A stretch of DNA of 64,000 nt, from NCBI GenBank assembly GCA_964016885.1, contig OZ024746.1:54188001-54252000 (forward strand). Direction: 5' to 3'. Position numbers and translations under genes: made by a program. The DNA is from Eledone cirrhosa (Eukaryota). How positions within the stretch are numbered: the first letter of the stretch is position 1; every line of letters starts with the position of its first letter. Positions 29,381-44,091 of this stretch are shown one piece after another. Below the pieces are notes generated by a model. That model did no database searches. It saw nothing but the letters and a program-made list of their open reading frames with translations, and was not told the origin of the DNA.

Positions 29381-29824
29381 TACTAACACTCGCGTATATA
29401 TTTCTCTATATATATTTAAACATTCTGAATTTGCTTTCATACTCGCTTGTCACATTCAAATATTCATTTAAAGCGTGGAAACAAAAGCTGATAAAAACGT
29501 GAATACCAGTAAAATACCAGGGGACATGATTTGGACGAAAATCCTCTGACAACTGAGTGTTCAACAACCGGCTTTATGTTAACGTCTGAATTAATCAACG
29601 TTAATACAAAGACTCTCAGCAGGTGGATTGAAAAGGTAATAATGTCAGACGTTTGCGAAGGTGATGTAACATAATGTAATCTCTCTAGTTTGCAATCGGC
29701 CCATGCTGATTCAATTTAGCAGTACGTCTTTCAATATGCCTTAACTGGCCTTTCACTGAATTAACATTAATATGATATCAGTTTTATAATGACGTGTCCA
29801 CATCAACCTCTACATGTGCACTCT

Positions 29825-29872
<48 letters not shown>

Positions 29873-29949
29873 ATGTATGTATGTATATCTATCCAATTCT
29901 CTCTCTCACTCTCTCTCTCTGTCTCTCTCTCTATGTATATATAAATACC

Positions 29950-29992
<43 letters not shown>

Positions 29993-30115
29993 TTATATAT
30001 ATTTATGAATATGTATATATATATATAGAAATATATATATATGTATGTATATATATATATTTATATATATGTATATGTATATTTATATATATGTATATAT
30101 ATATAAATATATATA

Positions 30116-30156
<41 letters not shown>

Positions 30157-30415
30157 GTATATATATATAAATATATGTATATATATATATATATATACAC
30201 ACATATATACATACATATATTCGCTACGTACGTGGATTACACCACACACGCACAACACACACATACACATACATACACACACATACACACACACATATAT
30301 ATATTATATATTGAAACCATTATCCATGCATACTGATCACTTGTTTGGCAATGTGAACAGGTAATTGATGATGATTATGAACATTATAATAATGTTAGTG
30401 ATGATGATGATTATA

Positions 30416-30459
<44 letters not shown>

Positions 30460-30599
30460 GATTGTTATGGTGAATAAGGACATAACCATCATAATAGTGA
30501 TAGCGATGATGATAATCGGTAATAGCTCTAAATAAAAATGTAGCTGTATATGAAATTGATTTTTATCTGGAATATTCCAGTTCAAAGCGCATGTCCTAC

Positions 30600-31430
30600 C
30601 ATTGCGCCTGGGTTGTTTCCCCTTATAGTGTGGGTTCGAATCGACGAAACCTATGTTCAGTTTCAGGTCTTCTGCAATGAAAATATGCGTTAGGTCTCTC
30701 TTTCTGGCCTCTTTTCAAACCTATTACATGTCCTTCATATTTCCACAGCATAAGGGACAAAAGGTTTACTGATAGTATAATTAACATCATAGAGATACTG
30801 TTTCCTTGAAATATACCCCTACGATATTCTATTTTCTCAATGAGAATATAATCCCCATTCTTCAGGGTAGTGGCCCAGGAAGACGATAGGTTCTCTATGG
30901 CTCTAATTATGGTATTTAGCGAGTCGAAGGGCCTCTAGTATCTAAGAGTGGGGAACAAAATCGACTGCTTTCCTGTCGTCCAACCAATCTGTAACCAAGT
31001 TCCTCCTATGTCGCTGCACCTCTGACATAGCGGTTTTGTTAACTAGGAGTTGCTGAGCAGCCCCCAAATTCCTTTCTTCCCAGTCGCTTGCTCATCTGTA
31101 ATGACATTGTTATAGGAACAATAGTTCGTTTGGGTGATTTCAGCCACACTGTATATTTGTTGAATATCTTTTCTTTACGCCATATTTTTTTCCAAAAGGA
31201 ATCTGTCATTCTGGAACGGGGCTTCAGTGACATGTATTGATTTGCTCCTTATGTCACTATAGATGGTTTGTTTTCGGCTGAATATTTTATTAATCCTTTT
31301 CTTTTCAGCCACTTTCTTCTGATATCGGAGTTTCTCGCTAACAGCTCTTAATACTTGTTTGAAATTGATCAACTTGTATTGAAGAGTTCTACATGTACTA
31401 TCTCCAAACGTCATTCCTATATTGTTTTTC
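30600..31430 (-). mobile_element. degraded R4/Dong-like non-LTR fragment
   Basis: LRYQKKVAEKKRINKIFSRKQ..IYSDIR and FWKKIWRKEK.FNK...WL resemble the pre-RT region of R4-clade ORFs; many stops. Confidence 0.55.
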
Positions 31431-31453
31431 ATTGTTTTGTTGGTAAGGTGTGT

Positions 31454-31509
<56 letters not shown>

Positions 31510-32313
31510 GACCCTTTCTCTATATAAGCATATATCTTTTAAGTTTGTTTATATATATATATATATATACATATAAACAAACTTAAAAGATATATGCTTA
31601 TAGAGAGAAAGGGCCATATATCGTAAGAGAACCACGGTATATTGCATTTTTATCAAACACATATTCAATAGAAGAATATGTACACGGATAGAATCGCAAG
31701 TGAAGCCTTATAGCGAATGTTCATATATGTTTACGATATATGGCCCTTTCCCTCACTCTATAAACATATATCTTTTAAATTGATTTTTATGGTTCTAGAT
31801 AAAAACTATTGAGCTTACTCATTGAGAAACACAAAAGTCTAATCTTCTCTGTTATGTTTTTATTTATCATTTGTATATATATATATATATATATATATAC
31901 AAATGATAATAATATATATATATATATATATATATATTGGTAAAAGGAAAAGAAAATGCTGACAAATTGTTCCCAGTGAAAAATAGTTTAATTAGGAATA
32001 AGTAAAAATTAGTAATAAGTATTGGTTAGTATTCAGTTTTAGTTTTAAGTTTTTACCGGTTGCGCATTTCTAATGCTTTTTAAAAATAATTTTGAGATAG
32101 AGCGCCCGTGATGTTTGCTCTCACGGGCGCTCTATCTCAAAATTATTTTTGAAAAGCATTAGAAATGCGCAACCGGTAAAAACTTAAAACTAAAACTGAA
32201 TACTAACCAATACTTATTACTAATTAAACTATTTTTCACTGGGAACAATTTGTCAGCATTTTCTTTTCCTTTTACCAATATATCACAACTCGTGTGTTAC
32301 ACCTCTATTCTTT

Positions 32314-32444
<131 letters not shown>

Positions 32445-32794
32445 TATTAGGATTGGTGGTTTGAAATAAAGCATACGGTATAATTGCCAAATGTAGTTGT
32501 CATACATTCATGTATACATCGCTATTTCAGAGCACCAATCTTAATACCTAATTTTTGCTGGACCGGCAATCGCTCTGTATAATCAGTTCCTGATTATTAC
32601 TGGAATTCTATAAGAATCCTGCTTCTATAATCTTCGGCGAAAGCGGGAGTATGCTGCTCTGATGATCGCCAACAGCGTGAAACAGACAGTTTGTTAGCTT
32701 CTTTCGCCGAAGAAAAGAAGTGACATAATCACTACTTTAAAACTGATAGCGTAACGTCTTCAAAATGTTTTTAATTAAGCATACGGTATATTTT

Positions 32795-32838
<44 letters not shown>

Positions 32839-35423
32839 CTATAAGCATTGTCATATGACCGAGAGTGTTTCGTCGGTCTTCAATCTTTTTTTTCTACTTT
32901 TGAAATATATAATGGCATTTTATTTTGTTGTTGTCTGTATTTGTTAACATTTCTATAATATCCAAGATAATACTTTACAGTTGTTGCTAAGGAATATAGA
33001 CAGACGAGGATAATTTTCCAAAATGTAGGGACTTTAATTTGCCGTAAATATTCACCTCTGATTTCGTAGATAGCATCAAAATTTCTTTATTCGATTTATG
33101 CTTCATAATTGTTTCTACTTTTGGCACTAGGGCAGCAATTACCCCAGTGCATGTGGATAATATGCATTCAGTTTTTCAATTAAATGAAATATCTGCTCTT
33201 TGAATGATTATGTATATGTCGGAGGATTCCATAGCAGACCTCCCAACATCTAAAAACCCAAACAGAGAGTACCATGCAAAAAAGTGCCTCGAAACGGGGA
33301 GAAATGAGGCAAATGGGGAGATTTTACATAATGATTTCTAGTATAGGCACAAGGCCAGTAATTTGGAGAGAGGGGAAAGTCGATTAAATCGACCCTAGTA
33401 CGTTACTGGTGCTTTATTTTATCAACACCGTAAGGATGAAAGGCAAAGTTAACCTCTCTTGGGAAAGTCTCACTAAGGATATATTCTAACTGTTTAAATT
33501 CTTTACTTTGTCAGCAAACGGTAGATTTACTGATTGACAGTATTTTGACGTTGATGGTTAACGTTACTGCGACATGTAGCTGTTGAGGTAATGTTTGTTG
33601 TGACACATAGTGTTAAATTTGCTGCCGGCATGGCTATTTCAAACACAATTTGTGTAGTGATGTTGTTTGTTGCTGATGGTCAGACGACCATAAAGTGTAA
33701 TAACATAGCAGCCTGTTGCGACACGTGCTGAGTGAATGTCTGATATAGGAGAATGCTCACTTAGTGTTGTTATTTGTAAGGGTTTCACACATTCACTATT
33801 GTTTTGAAGAAATGTTTGTTATTTTTACGTTCGGCAAACGTTGCAGGTGAGCGTAATATTTTGGTTGTGAAATAAGTTAGCTCTGGGTGGGGTTCGTCCT
33901 AGCGTAGCTTCATTCTGTTATATAACGGACAGAAGGATCTATTTTACCATTTTATAACAATTAAATTGGTCTTTATTGAATTTATGAAGGCGCATGACTT
34001 AGTGGTTAGAGCATTGGGCTTGCAATCGAAAGTTTGTGAGTTCGATTCTCGGACTCACAATGCGGCTTTGCAGATGATCAATGCAAATTGACAATGGAAA
34101 GGTGCTCCCACTTGAGTTAGAAGAGAACTATTGACCTTCAGGAGAAGCAGCGACGGAGAGATTCGAGATTATTGAGTTCGTAACTCCTAGAAAAATGCGA
34201 TTCATAGTTTCGGTTCCTTCTATAACTAACATGATTCTGTTTACGTATATCATTGTTTGTTTTTCTTTTGTTCTTCACTATTGTTGTTGATGTTAAGGTT
34301 GGGTTTGTTATGTTCCGCCATGTAGTTTGTAGTAATTCCTTGTAAGGTGAATTCAATTTTAGATGGATCTCTCAAGGGGTTAGAATAAAAGGTGTCTTCA
34401 ACGAATGTCATCAGAAGAGTGTCCAATTATTCAACAAAGTCAGTGATTATGGCATCATTGTTGGAGATAGTATTCATCTTAAATTGCATGAATAGGCACC
34501 ATGTCATATATGTAACAGCTCGCGTAGAAAATGATATATATATGTATGTATGTTTTAATGTATGCATATATGTGTGAATGTATGTATGTATGAATCTATG
34601 AATGTATACATGCGCAATATGACGCAAAAACGCAGTATGCAAAACCACAATGGTCGAATATATTAATAATTATAATATCGTTTCAGAGAAATTAATTCAT
34701 GTGAATAAACCTATCACATTTGCCACCACCTTCTTCCACCAATATAAACAGAACCACCACCATGTACCACTGCCACAATCACTACCACCACTACAACCAA
34801 GAAATGCCCGTGCACCACCAAGACCAACAGGAAATAATCATGTATATCCACAACGAGAAGATATCCAGCCACGGTTGATGGCCTTCATCATATGATAATG
34901 TTGAGAATTTACGAGTTACGGATTAATGGGAAATGAAATGGCGAAGAGGAAAGTAAGCGATTAATGTTGTGGGCGATGAGGACAGACACGTGGATTCATT
35001 ATATATGCAGCACAGTTACGTCCCTTTACGGACTGAGTTCAAATCCCGCTGAGGTTAACTTTGCCTTTCATCCTTACGGGGTCGATAAAATAAAGTACCA
35101 GTAATACACTGGGATAATTGCTGGCCTTGTGCCAAAAAGTAGAAACAATTATATATATATAACAAATGGTTTATCGCTCCAATGTCTGCAGTTCTGTTGA
35201 CATGCCAACACAATAGTAAGAATGACAGGGTCATTCTACTGAGATAGGTTTAAAGAGGTTGTTTGCATAATTGCAAACGAATCGAATATTATTATTAATA
35301 TTCGAAAAGCTCAGATTACATATATATAAACATGTGTGTGTGTACACACAAATTGAAACGCTATACAATTTGTTTTTCCATATATCTCGTTGAGAAACAA
35401 CTAGTATTATTTACATGTATATA

Positions 35424-35822
35424 AGGGCGGTGGATTGGCAGTATCGGTAGAGGGTCGGACGCCATGCTTTGACGCATAGAGTTACGGCCCTTGCCATTCT
35501 GAGTTCAAATCCCGCCGAGGTTAACTTTGCCTTTCATCCTTACGAGGTCGATAAAATAATGTACCAGTAATATACTGGGTTATTGCTGGCCTTGTACCAA
35601 AAGTAGGAACAATTATTTACATGTATATAAGGGCGGTGGATTGGCAGTATTGGTAGAGGGTCGGACGCCATGCTTTTCAGGATAGAGTTACGCCCTTATA
35701 CGATCTGAGCTCAAATCCCGCCGAGGTTAACTTTGCTTTTCATCCTTACGAGGTCGATAAAATAGAGCACCAGTTATGCACTGGGATAATTGCTGTCCTT
35801 GTGCCTAAAGTAGAAACAATTA
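35424..35822 (+). mobile_element. two tandem SINE family-1 copies
   Basis: Heads at 35424 and 35630. ATTATTTACATGTATATAA precedes each copy, and a variant follows the second. Confidence 0.92.
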
Positions 35823-36052
35823 TTTACATATATATATAGAACGACAAATAGTAAAAGTACTTACCTAAAGAAAGAAATAAGTCAATAATGCATAAAGTTC
35901 ACATGTACGGCCGTTTCATGAACATTCGAAACATTCTAGAACATGATTCTTAACACCGATTTAATGATTGGGCTCAATTAGGCAGTATTGCCTTGATTCT
36001 TTCTTTAGATGAGGACATTTATTATTTGCAGTTCTATATATGAATATGTACA

Positions 36053-36242
36053 TAATTGTTTCTACTCGTGACACAAGACCAGCAATTACCCAGTACATTA
36101 CAGGTACTTTATTTTATCGACCCCGTAAGGATGAAAGGCAAAGTTAACCTCGACGGGATTTGAACTCAGACCGTAAAGGGACGCAACTATGCTAGAAAGC
36201 ATGGCGTCCAACCCTCTACCGATACTGCCAATTCACCGTCCT
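36053..36242 (-). mobile_element. SINE family 1
   Basis: Reverse complement of the shared core and head. Confidence 0.9.
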
Positions 36243-36409
36243 ATATATGTATATGTACATAATACTAGTTGTTTTCCAATCGTATATCGTTTAAATTTGT
36301 GTAAACTATTGCTCTGAAAATAATGTTCAATGAGCTTTCTTTGTTGAGAACTTAATCAATATATTATTCATACGTATAGATTTAGCCTAATTATAATGAA
36401 TATATATAT

Positions 36410-36597
36410 ATTGTTTATACTTCAGGCACAAGGCCAGCAATTAAACCAGTGCATTACTGGTACTTTATTTTATCGACCCTGTAAGGATGAAAGGCACAGT
36501 TAACCTCGGTGGGATTAGAACTCAGAACGTAAAGGGCCATAACACTATATTGCAAAGCATTGTGTCTGACACTACCGATACTACCAATCCACGCCTA
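36410..36597 (-). mobile_element. SINE family 1
   Basis: Reverse complement of the shared core and head. Confidence 0.85.
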
Positions 36598-36823
36598 CTA
36601 AATATATATATTATGAAGAGTCGGGACCAGGCGGCTGAGCTCTTGCCGTTTCAACAGCTAGTCCCTGACTCATTGCCGAAGGGCTTGCGGGATTTATATA
36701 TATATATTTATATATGCGCCTGTGTGTGTGCGTGTGTGTGTAAGTATGTGTGTGTGTGTGTGTGTGTAAGCATGTGTATGTGTGTATGTGTGTATGTATG
36801 TATGTGTGTTTGTGTGTGTGTGT

Positions 36824-36870
<47 letters not shown>

Positions 36871-37329
36871 TGTGCTTCTGTGCGACTAGTCATTTGAAAA
36901 CATCGCTTCAGAATTATTAGGTCTCGGATTCGATCCTAAGAATATAAATGATATGAAGATAAGCCTTGACCTGGTTACGACCTTCTCGAAAGATACAGGA
37001 ATCTAGTTTCACGAGGAGAAATGATCCTATATGATTGTAAAGCGAGGAAGAACTTGAAGCTAATCTAATTTACATTTCTATCAATGGCGTGGCTGTTTCT
37101 CTAGTATCTAACGAGCATTGATATAGCTACATAGGACTGGACGAAAATATAACACACGAATAAGAAACATATGGTCTTCAGAACTCTCAGTGGACAAAAA
37201 ATCAGTGGCTCTCACAGTAATGTATTTGTTTGACACCAAAATCTGGACTTCTTGACTGGACACTAGATGAGATCCGAGACATTGATGTTGAAACCTAAAA
37301 CGTTCTAGCCGGCACAGAACATTCACACA

Positions 37330-38450
37330 TCAATAGTGACATAGAAAGCCTCTAGCAAAAACGTAAACAGAAAGTCAGGGGCTTAACATAAAAAAATAGC
37401 ATTTGAGGGTCACACTATATATCCCGACATCGACAAAACACCAAGCGTTCAAGCGCATCTATAGACCAGGTATGTCAACATGCGGCATATAACATCATGA
37501 GAGTTGGGAAGGAGCTCCTAGAAATAAATCCTCTTTGCATGATAATGAAAATCTCTCACATGAGGAAAATGCACATCAATATCGCAACGAATCCAAGGAT
37601 AAAAAGCTGCATCTTCATTAGCAAACAAATTATGCATGGTTACGTTGCCAGAAAGCTTCAAATTGAAAGTATTTTTGATAAGTACAGTACTCAATATTGG
37701 ACCAACCACCTGTATATTAGCTTTCACCTTGAACGATGTTTTTTGCAATCCAAGTTCAGGATATAACAACGAATTACCTGATGCATAAAATAGATAGGGA
37801 ACAATGAAATACCTGATGCAAAAAGAGTTAGGACTGCAAGCAAAAAAAAAAGATGACAACATTAGTTGATTCTGAGGAATAAACATTGAAGTTTTCACGC
37901 ACATCATAAGTAGATGTCCAAAGATGTCATCAAGATACTATATACTATATGAGGCATGATGTAGTGGCCAAAACATGAGGCATGATGTAGTGGTCAAAAC
38001 ATTATATAATGCAATCCGTAGAATAACAATATAAAACAAACTCCGTGATGTGTAAAGCATATGCATACATAATATGAAAGACTACTGATGCAATTTTCCA
38101 ATCAAAACACCAATAAAATGCAAATGCATATAACAGACATTGTGATATGGGACAGCGACGAAGGCATATACAGTAGTGGAAATCATTGCCAAGTCTAATG
38201 ATTAGCGAAAAGAAAAATATTTTTGATGAATTTATTAGGAACATACAGATACTCAACCCTGATTATATCTTTAGATTTGTAACTGTGATCATTGGGGCTT
38301 TTGGATATTTTATTAACTGCGTCATTACAATTCTTGAAAAGGTGGGCTTTGCTGAACAAGAAAGGGCACGGCTGGTTAGGAAGTTGGAAGTGTAATTAAT
38401 TAATGTAACTGCAAAAATAAGTAACACATTTCAGAAATTCAACATGTAAT
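37330..38450 (+). mobile_element. degraded R4/Dong-like non-LTR 3' region
   Basis: HIISRCPKMSSRYY..RHDVVAKT (zinc-knuckle region followed by RHD), then VIIGAFG and LVRKLEV..TAKI...F..F. Followed by (CA)n. A 26-bp tandem duplication sits at 37949-38000. Confidence 0.7.
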
Positions 38451-38528
38451 AACAACATATTCACATATTCACATAGAGAAGCATATTCACGTACGAATAC
38501 ACACATTTAACTCAAAACATACCTGCAC

Positions 38529-38684
<156 letters not shown>

Positions 38685-38899
38685 GTATAATACCTAGTTT
38701 ATGTCTAAATTTCAAAGAAATTGTCATGTTTCTGTGCTAGAACACTTTCTATCTATTGGGGGAAAATTCATAAAACTATAAAAGCAGAAGAACATACATA
38801 ATGTACATACATATACACACTGTAGTAAACTCTCCCACGCTCATGACATATCAGCTCTCCTTGGTCGCCAACACTTTCTGGTTGTTCCAAGTCCAAGCC

Positions 38900-40030
38900 T
38901 TTCCTTTCATCCCCTTTTAACCTTTTATAATTTCTTCAGGCTGTTTTAAATTATACTTTCCCTTCACATAGATATTTCTTCCACTGTGTTCAATCATTGT
39001 CACCTCGTTTCCGGTCTTCATCGGATGCCAGCTTTCATCAAATATGTTTTCATTGTATAAGGCGGACATTTCCCATCTCTCAGTTCATCATCATGGAGTT
39101 GTTTCAGTAAGCCAGTCCTCCATTCTCACCATATGTTCCACCTATCGGAGCCGATTTGTTATGATAATTGACTCGAAATTGTGACAATGACTTCTTTCAA
39201 GGACTTCAACACCACTCACATATATCCTCTAGTGTAGACCCAAAATTCGACGAGGACACTGTTGCTGAAAGCATTCGTGCTGTTTTATATGCTTCTGTGC
39301 GTATCACAAACGTACAGAAGATTACAATACGCAAGTCAGTTAGACCTAAACCGAAGCCATAGTTGCTTTTCCAAATTTTTGCATGTATTCCTCGCTTTTC
39401 TGATTCTTGATGTTTCATTGTCATGGGTATACAGTACACTTAAGATAATCTTAATATGCACAAACATGTCCAACACTGAGTTTATTATCATAAAGTCTTA
39501 TGTCCGGTTCTACATATGGTTTTCCTGGTGCTAGCTGTTACATGGTCACTAACCTTTTCAAGCTGATTGTTAAGCCAAACGCATAACGCATGCTGCTGAA
39601 GAACTCCATAAGCTACTGTATATCTTCTACCAGATGGAAACAAAATCACAGTCATCTGCATACTATAATTCTCTCAACAGTGAGTAAATAACCATAGTAT
39701 TGGTACGAAAGCGTCATATGTTGAACGGAATCCTGTACATATGTTCAAATACCTGATGTATATCCCATGTGGACAGTCTATGAAATGCCAGTATGAAATT
39801 TGTAGAAATATGTTTTTTTTTCACTTCATCTCTACAGATTTCATACTTGACGAACCAATACAACTGTAAAGGACAGTGAAAACTATGTTGTCTGTGTTAT
39901 GTTGCTCTGATTAACGCCATGCCTTACAGCAATATGTTCTGACACACTTCCACCAATATTCACACAGGGTTTCAAGTCATCACCAAATTGCCGCAAGAAT
40001 GCCAAGAATTTGTTCCGGCAGGCAATCTGT
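38900..40030 (-). mobile_element. old degraded LINE RT fragment
   Basis: Minus-strand YADDCDFV motif at ~39645-39665; the rest is heavily decayed. Confidence 0.5.
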
Positions 40031-40306
40031 TCAAGTACATACCAAAGAGATTCTCTATTAACTGTGCCTAACTCTCTCTCTCCCCCTCTCTCTCTCCCTC
40101 ACTTTATATATATGTATGCACACACACACACACACACAACATATATATATATATACACACAGACACATACATATATATACACATACAGACACACATATAT
40201 GTATAATTTATACGTTTAGATAACGAATAACCCAGCCGCTTTCCACTCATTCCATGAAATTACAGAAATTGCATGTTGTAGATATGAATCCACAATTCAG
40301 TGTGTA

Positions 40307-40382
<76 letters not shown>

Positions 40383-40743
40383 AAAAATATACACACACAC
40401 AAATTACCCTATATGTATATACAGATATAATTTTTTCGTACATTTCGGCTACTCAGCGCACTTCGAAATATATATTTTATTTAACAGCACAAACTAGCGC
40501 TAATTATCTGGAATTAGTAGTTCTTTTTAGAATACTACCAAGAGAACATAAGTCCATTAAATACCTGATTCCATATGGTTGTTTGGATTATATACACAAC
40601 TTCTTAAAATGGCCCAACTAGATTTCAAAATCGATGAAATGTGTTTTCTATTTACAAGGAAAACCCATTGTCTGGCATGTTTACATGCCTACGTATGAGA
40701 AATGTGTAAATTTAAATACACACTGGCGTGTATATATACACAC

Positions 40744-40813
<70 letters not shown>

Positions 40814-40907
40814 GGGATGCCAACATCAATGGGTCTGTTATTTTTATCTAAAGTACATTTTTCCAGTTCCACCAGGTAGTCCCTTCAATCTATCTTATAT
40901 CTCATTC

Positions 40908-40946
40908 TTTCTTCTGATGAAGGACTAGCGTCCGAAACGTTAGGAC
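40908..40946 (+). ncRNA. minimal (Penelope-type) hammerhead ribozyme motif
   Basis: TCTT-CTGATGA-A-GGAC TAGC GTCC-GAAA-CGTT-AGGA: conserved core, 4-bp stem II, palindromic AACGTT stem III and a 4-bp stem I. Confidence 0.65.
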
Positions 40947-42519
40947 CCTCTTCCTGCTATTTCAAGCGTTAACCTAATATATTCCTTCCATATGCTGTCC
41001 TGATTGTGTTGTTATTTCCGTTTACCTTTCACATACATAGATACATACATATATATATATATTTGGTCGTTTTGGAAGCCTCAACAATGCAGATGGGTAA
41101 ATCTCCGAGTAACAGAATCCGGTGGTGAAGAGAGAGATGTAAGCGGAAATGTATAATGAGACGTATAGTGTGTAGAGGAACGTAGGAAAGAGCGTAAAAA
41201 TAAAAATAATAACACGAGATAGAGTTACCTTGGGAGAGATTTAATTGTCCCTATATTTCGGATTTCGAATTCAACAACTGGGGGGTTGTCCGATGGGGAA
41301 AGTTATCTGTCGGAGACGAACGGTACGTGGTCTCTGTTGTCCGCCGTTTGTGTTTCGGTCCAGAAATAGCCGTCGAAACGGCTTTAGCTCTGCCGTCGGG
41401 GTTAAACATTTTCCTATTACCCACTCTACTACCCAAAGTATTGAGTACTCTGGTGCGTTATCGTCTAGCTGGTTCCTTACCACACTTCCTTCGTTATATA
41501 TATATATATACATACATATACACATATATATATATATCCTTGTGTGAGTGTATGTGTGCATTCATTCATTCTCATAGGATTTCTGTGTACAGAGTGAGTA
41601 ATTGTAAGAATTTGTACATGATTCTATTCATGGAGATAATTTTAGTTCAAAGACTGTCATAATGTCGTCATTAAATCTTACTTTTAGTTTTATTAAATAA
41701 ACTTGTTTCTGAATAAATATTTGAAACACATACATACATGCACTTATATATATATATGAATCAAATTTAACCAAGCTATCTGTGTATAATCCGTTTAGCT
41801 ACGGACGTTATCACTTCACTCGATCATTTTACAAAAAACTTATGTTATAAATACGAACTTGTGATTCACAGTAGACGCTATTCATTAATTAGTAGATAAA
41901 CGGCTTAGTGTGGATACTATGTATAGACCTGAACCGTAACTGTTTCTATGCTATACCATGTTTACAACTGTTGCATCAGCAGGTCATGTAATATTTGCAA
42001 ATATAACGTAACCAGGACTGACGCAACGTTTCATAATCGGGATTTCAATCCTAATACAATCGGGAGATTTAAGCTCGAAACTGGTAGAGTCGAGCTGGCA
42101 CATCCTAATGAAGATGATAGCAGTTTTATACTGTAACAGAATCACGTAACCTTATAAAGAAGAGGGCAACTGAAATCAGCCGTTAAGGGGGAAAGCAGTT
42201 TTAGTGGTAAATTCAAATAACTGAACAGTCGCCGGAGCACTCAACTTGGTTGATTATGTGAATAACTTGGTGAGGCCAGCACGTGGGACCCCATTTGCTC
42301 ACCATACAGAGAGATGGAGAAGGCGAGAGAGATGGAGGCGATGACAGTGGGATTTCGGCTCTTCCATTTTCGGACCTTATCCTTGTAGTTGTGTACATTA
42401 TCTCTAGTGTTCATATACATCCTCCACCCACACATATACTATCTCACATAATATCGAATCTATGAGATTTTGTATATAAAGAATTACTAAAAGAGAAAAG
42501 CAAAATATGTACAAATCGA

Positions 42520-42710
42520 AATAATTGTTTCTACTTTTGGCACAAGGTCAGCAATTACCCAGTGTATTACTGGTACTTTATTTTATCGACTCCATAAGGA
42601 TGAAAGGTAAAGTTAACCTCGGCGGGATTTGAACTCAGAATGGCAAGGGCCGTAACTCTATGCGTCAAAGAATGGCGTCCGACCCTCTACCGATACTGCC
42701 AATCCACCCG
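42520..42710 (-). mobile_element. SINE family 1
   Basis: Full head and core on the minus strand. Confidence 0.9.
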
Positions 42711-43005
42711 AAATAATACAAAACAATACTGTTCAACGTACGATGTGTATGTATATGTGTGTGTGTGTGTGTGTACGTGTATTTGTGTGTGATAGATACT
42801 TAGACAGAAAAAGAGAGTTAGGGAATGGCGTATATATAAATATACTTTTTTACTCCTTTTTTGCTCCAGCCATCCGGCTAAGGCAATGCTGGGGCAACGC
42901 CATTGTAAAATTCATTTCCATACATGAGCTCGAGCGATATGCGAACTCTCGCTCTCCCGTTTACTAGACTGGCGCGCTAACCAACTAAGCTATGGAGCCA
43001 ATTAT

Positions 43006-43072
<67 letters not shown>

Positions 43073-43166
43073 CATATATATATATACGCCATTCTCTAAC
43101 TCTCTTATGTCTAAGTATATATCACACACAAATACACGCACACACACATATATACGTATACACACA

Positions 43167-43215
<49 letters not shown>

Positions 43216-43260
43216 TATATAATTAAATATATATATATATATATATATATAAATATACAT

Positions 43261-43309
<49 letters not shown>

Positions 43310-43330
43310 TATATATATATATTATATATA

Positions 43331-43380
<50 letters not shown>

Positions 43381-43406
43381 TAATTATATATATATATTAT
43401 ATATAA

Positions 43407-43463
<57 letters not shown>

Positions 43464-43486
43464 TACACACACACATATATATATGT

Positions 43487-43590
<104 letters not shown>

Positions 43591-43788
43591 GTAAAGTATT
43601 TATCAAGATCATCGTGATAACTTAGTGTTTAACGTATGCTCTGTCTGCTATGAAAAACATCGGTCCCTTGGGGAACGCTTTGTTGTCGTAGTGTGGTCAA
43701 CAATGTAGAAATGACAGTCAATGCAGACACCTACAGACATACACACGCACACGTACACACACGCACGCACACACACTCACGTACACAC

Positions 43789-43834
<46 letters not shown>

Positions 43835-43900
43835 GCGCACACACATCTATACGTCAACGTATATCTACCTACATATCTACCTATACATATGCATCTAGAT

Positions 43901-43931
<31 letters not shown>

Positions 43932-44051
43932 GAGAGATATCTATTTACACGTTGATTCATAAACACAGATGTCGAGTACACACACACACTGACGCGCATC
44001 TATGCGTCAACGTATATCTACCTACATATATATATATACATATACATCTAG

Positions 44052-44091
<40 letters not shown>

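Noticed and set aside
33500-33595. Candidate plus-strand exon with good acceptor and donor
   Set aside because: Stop codons in all three frames and no other support.
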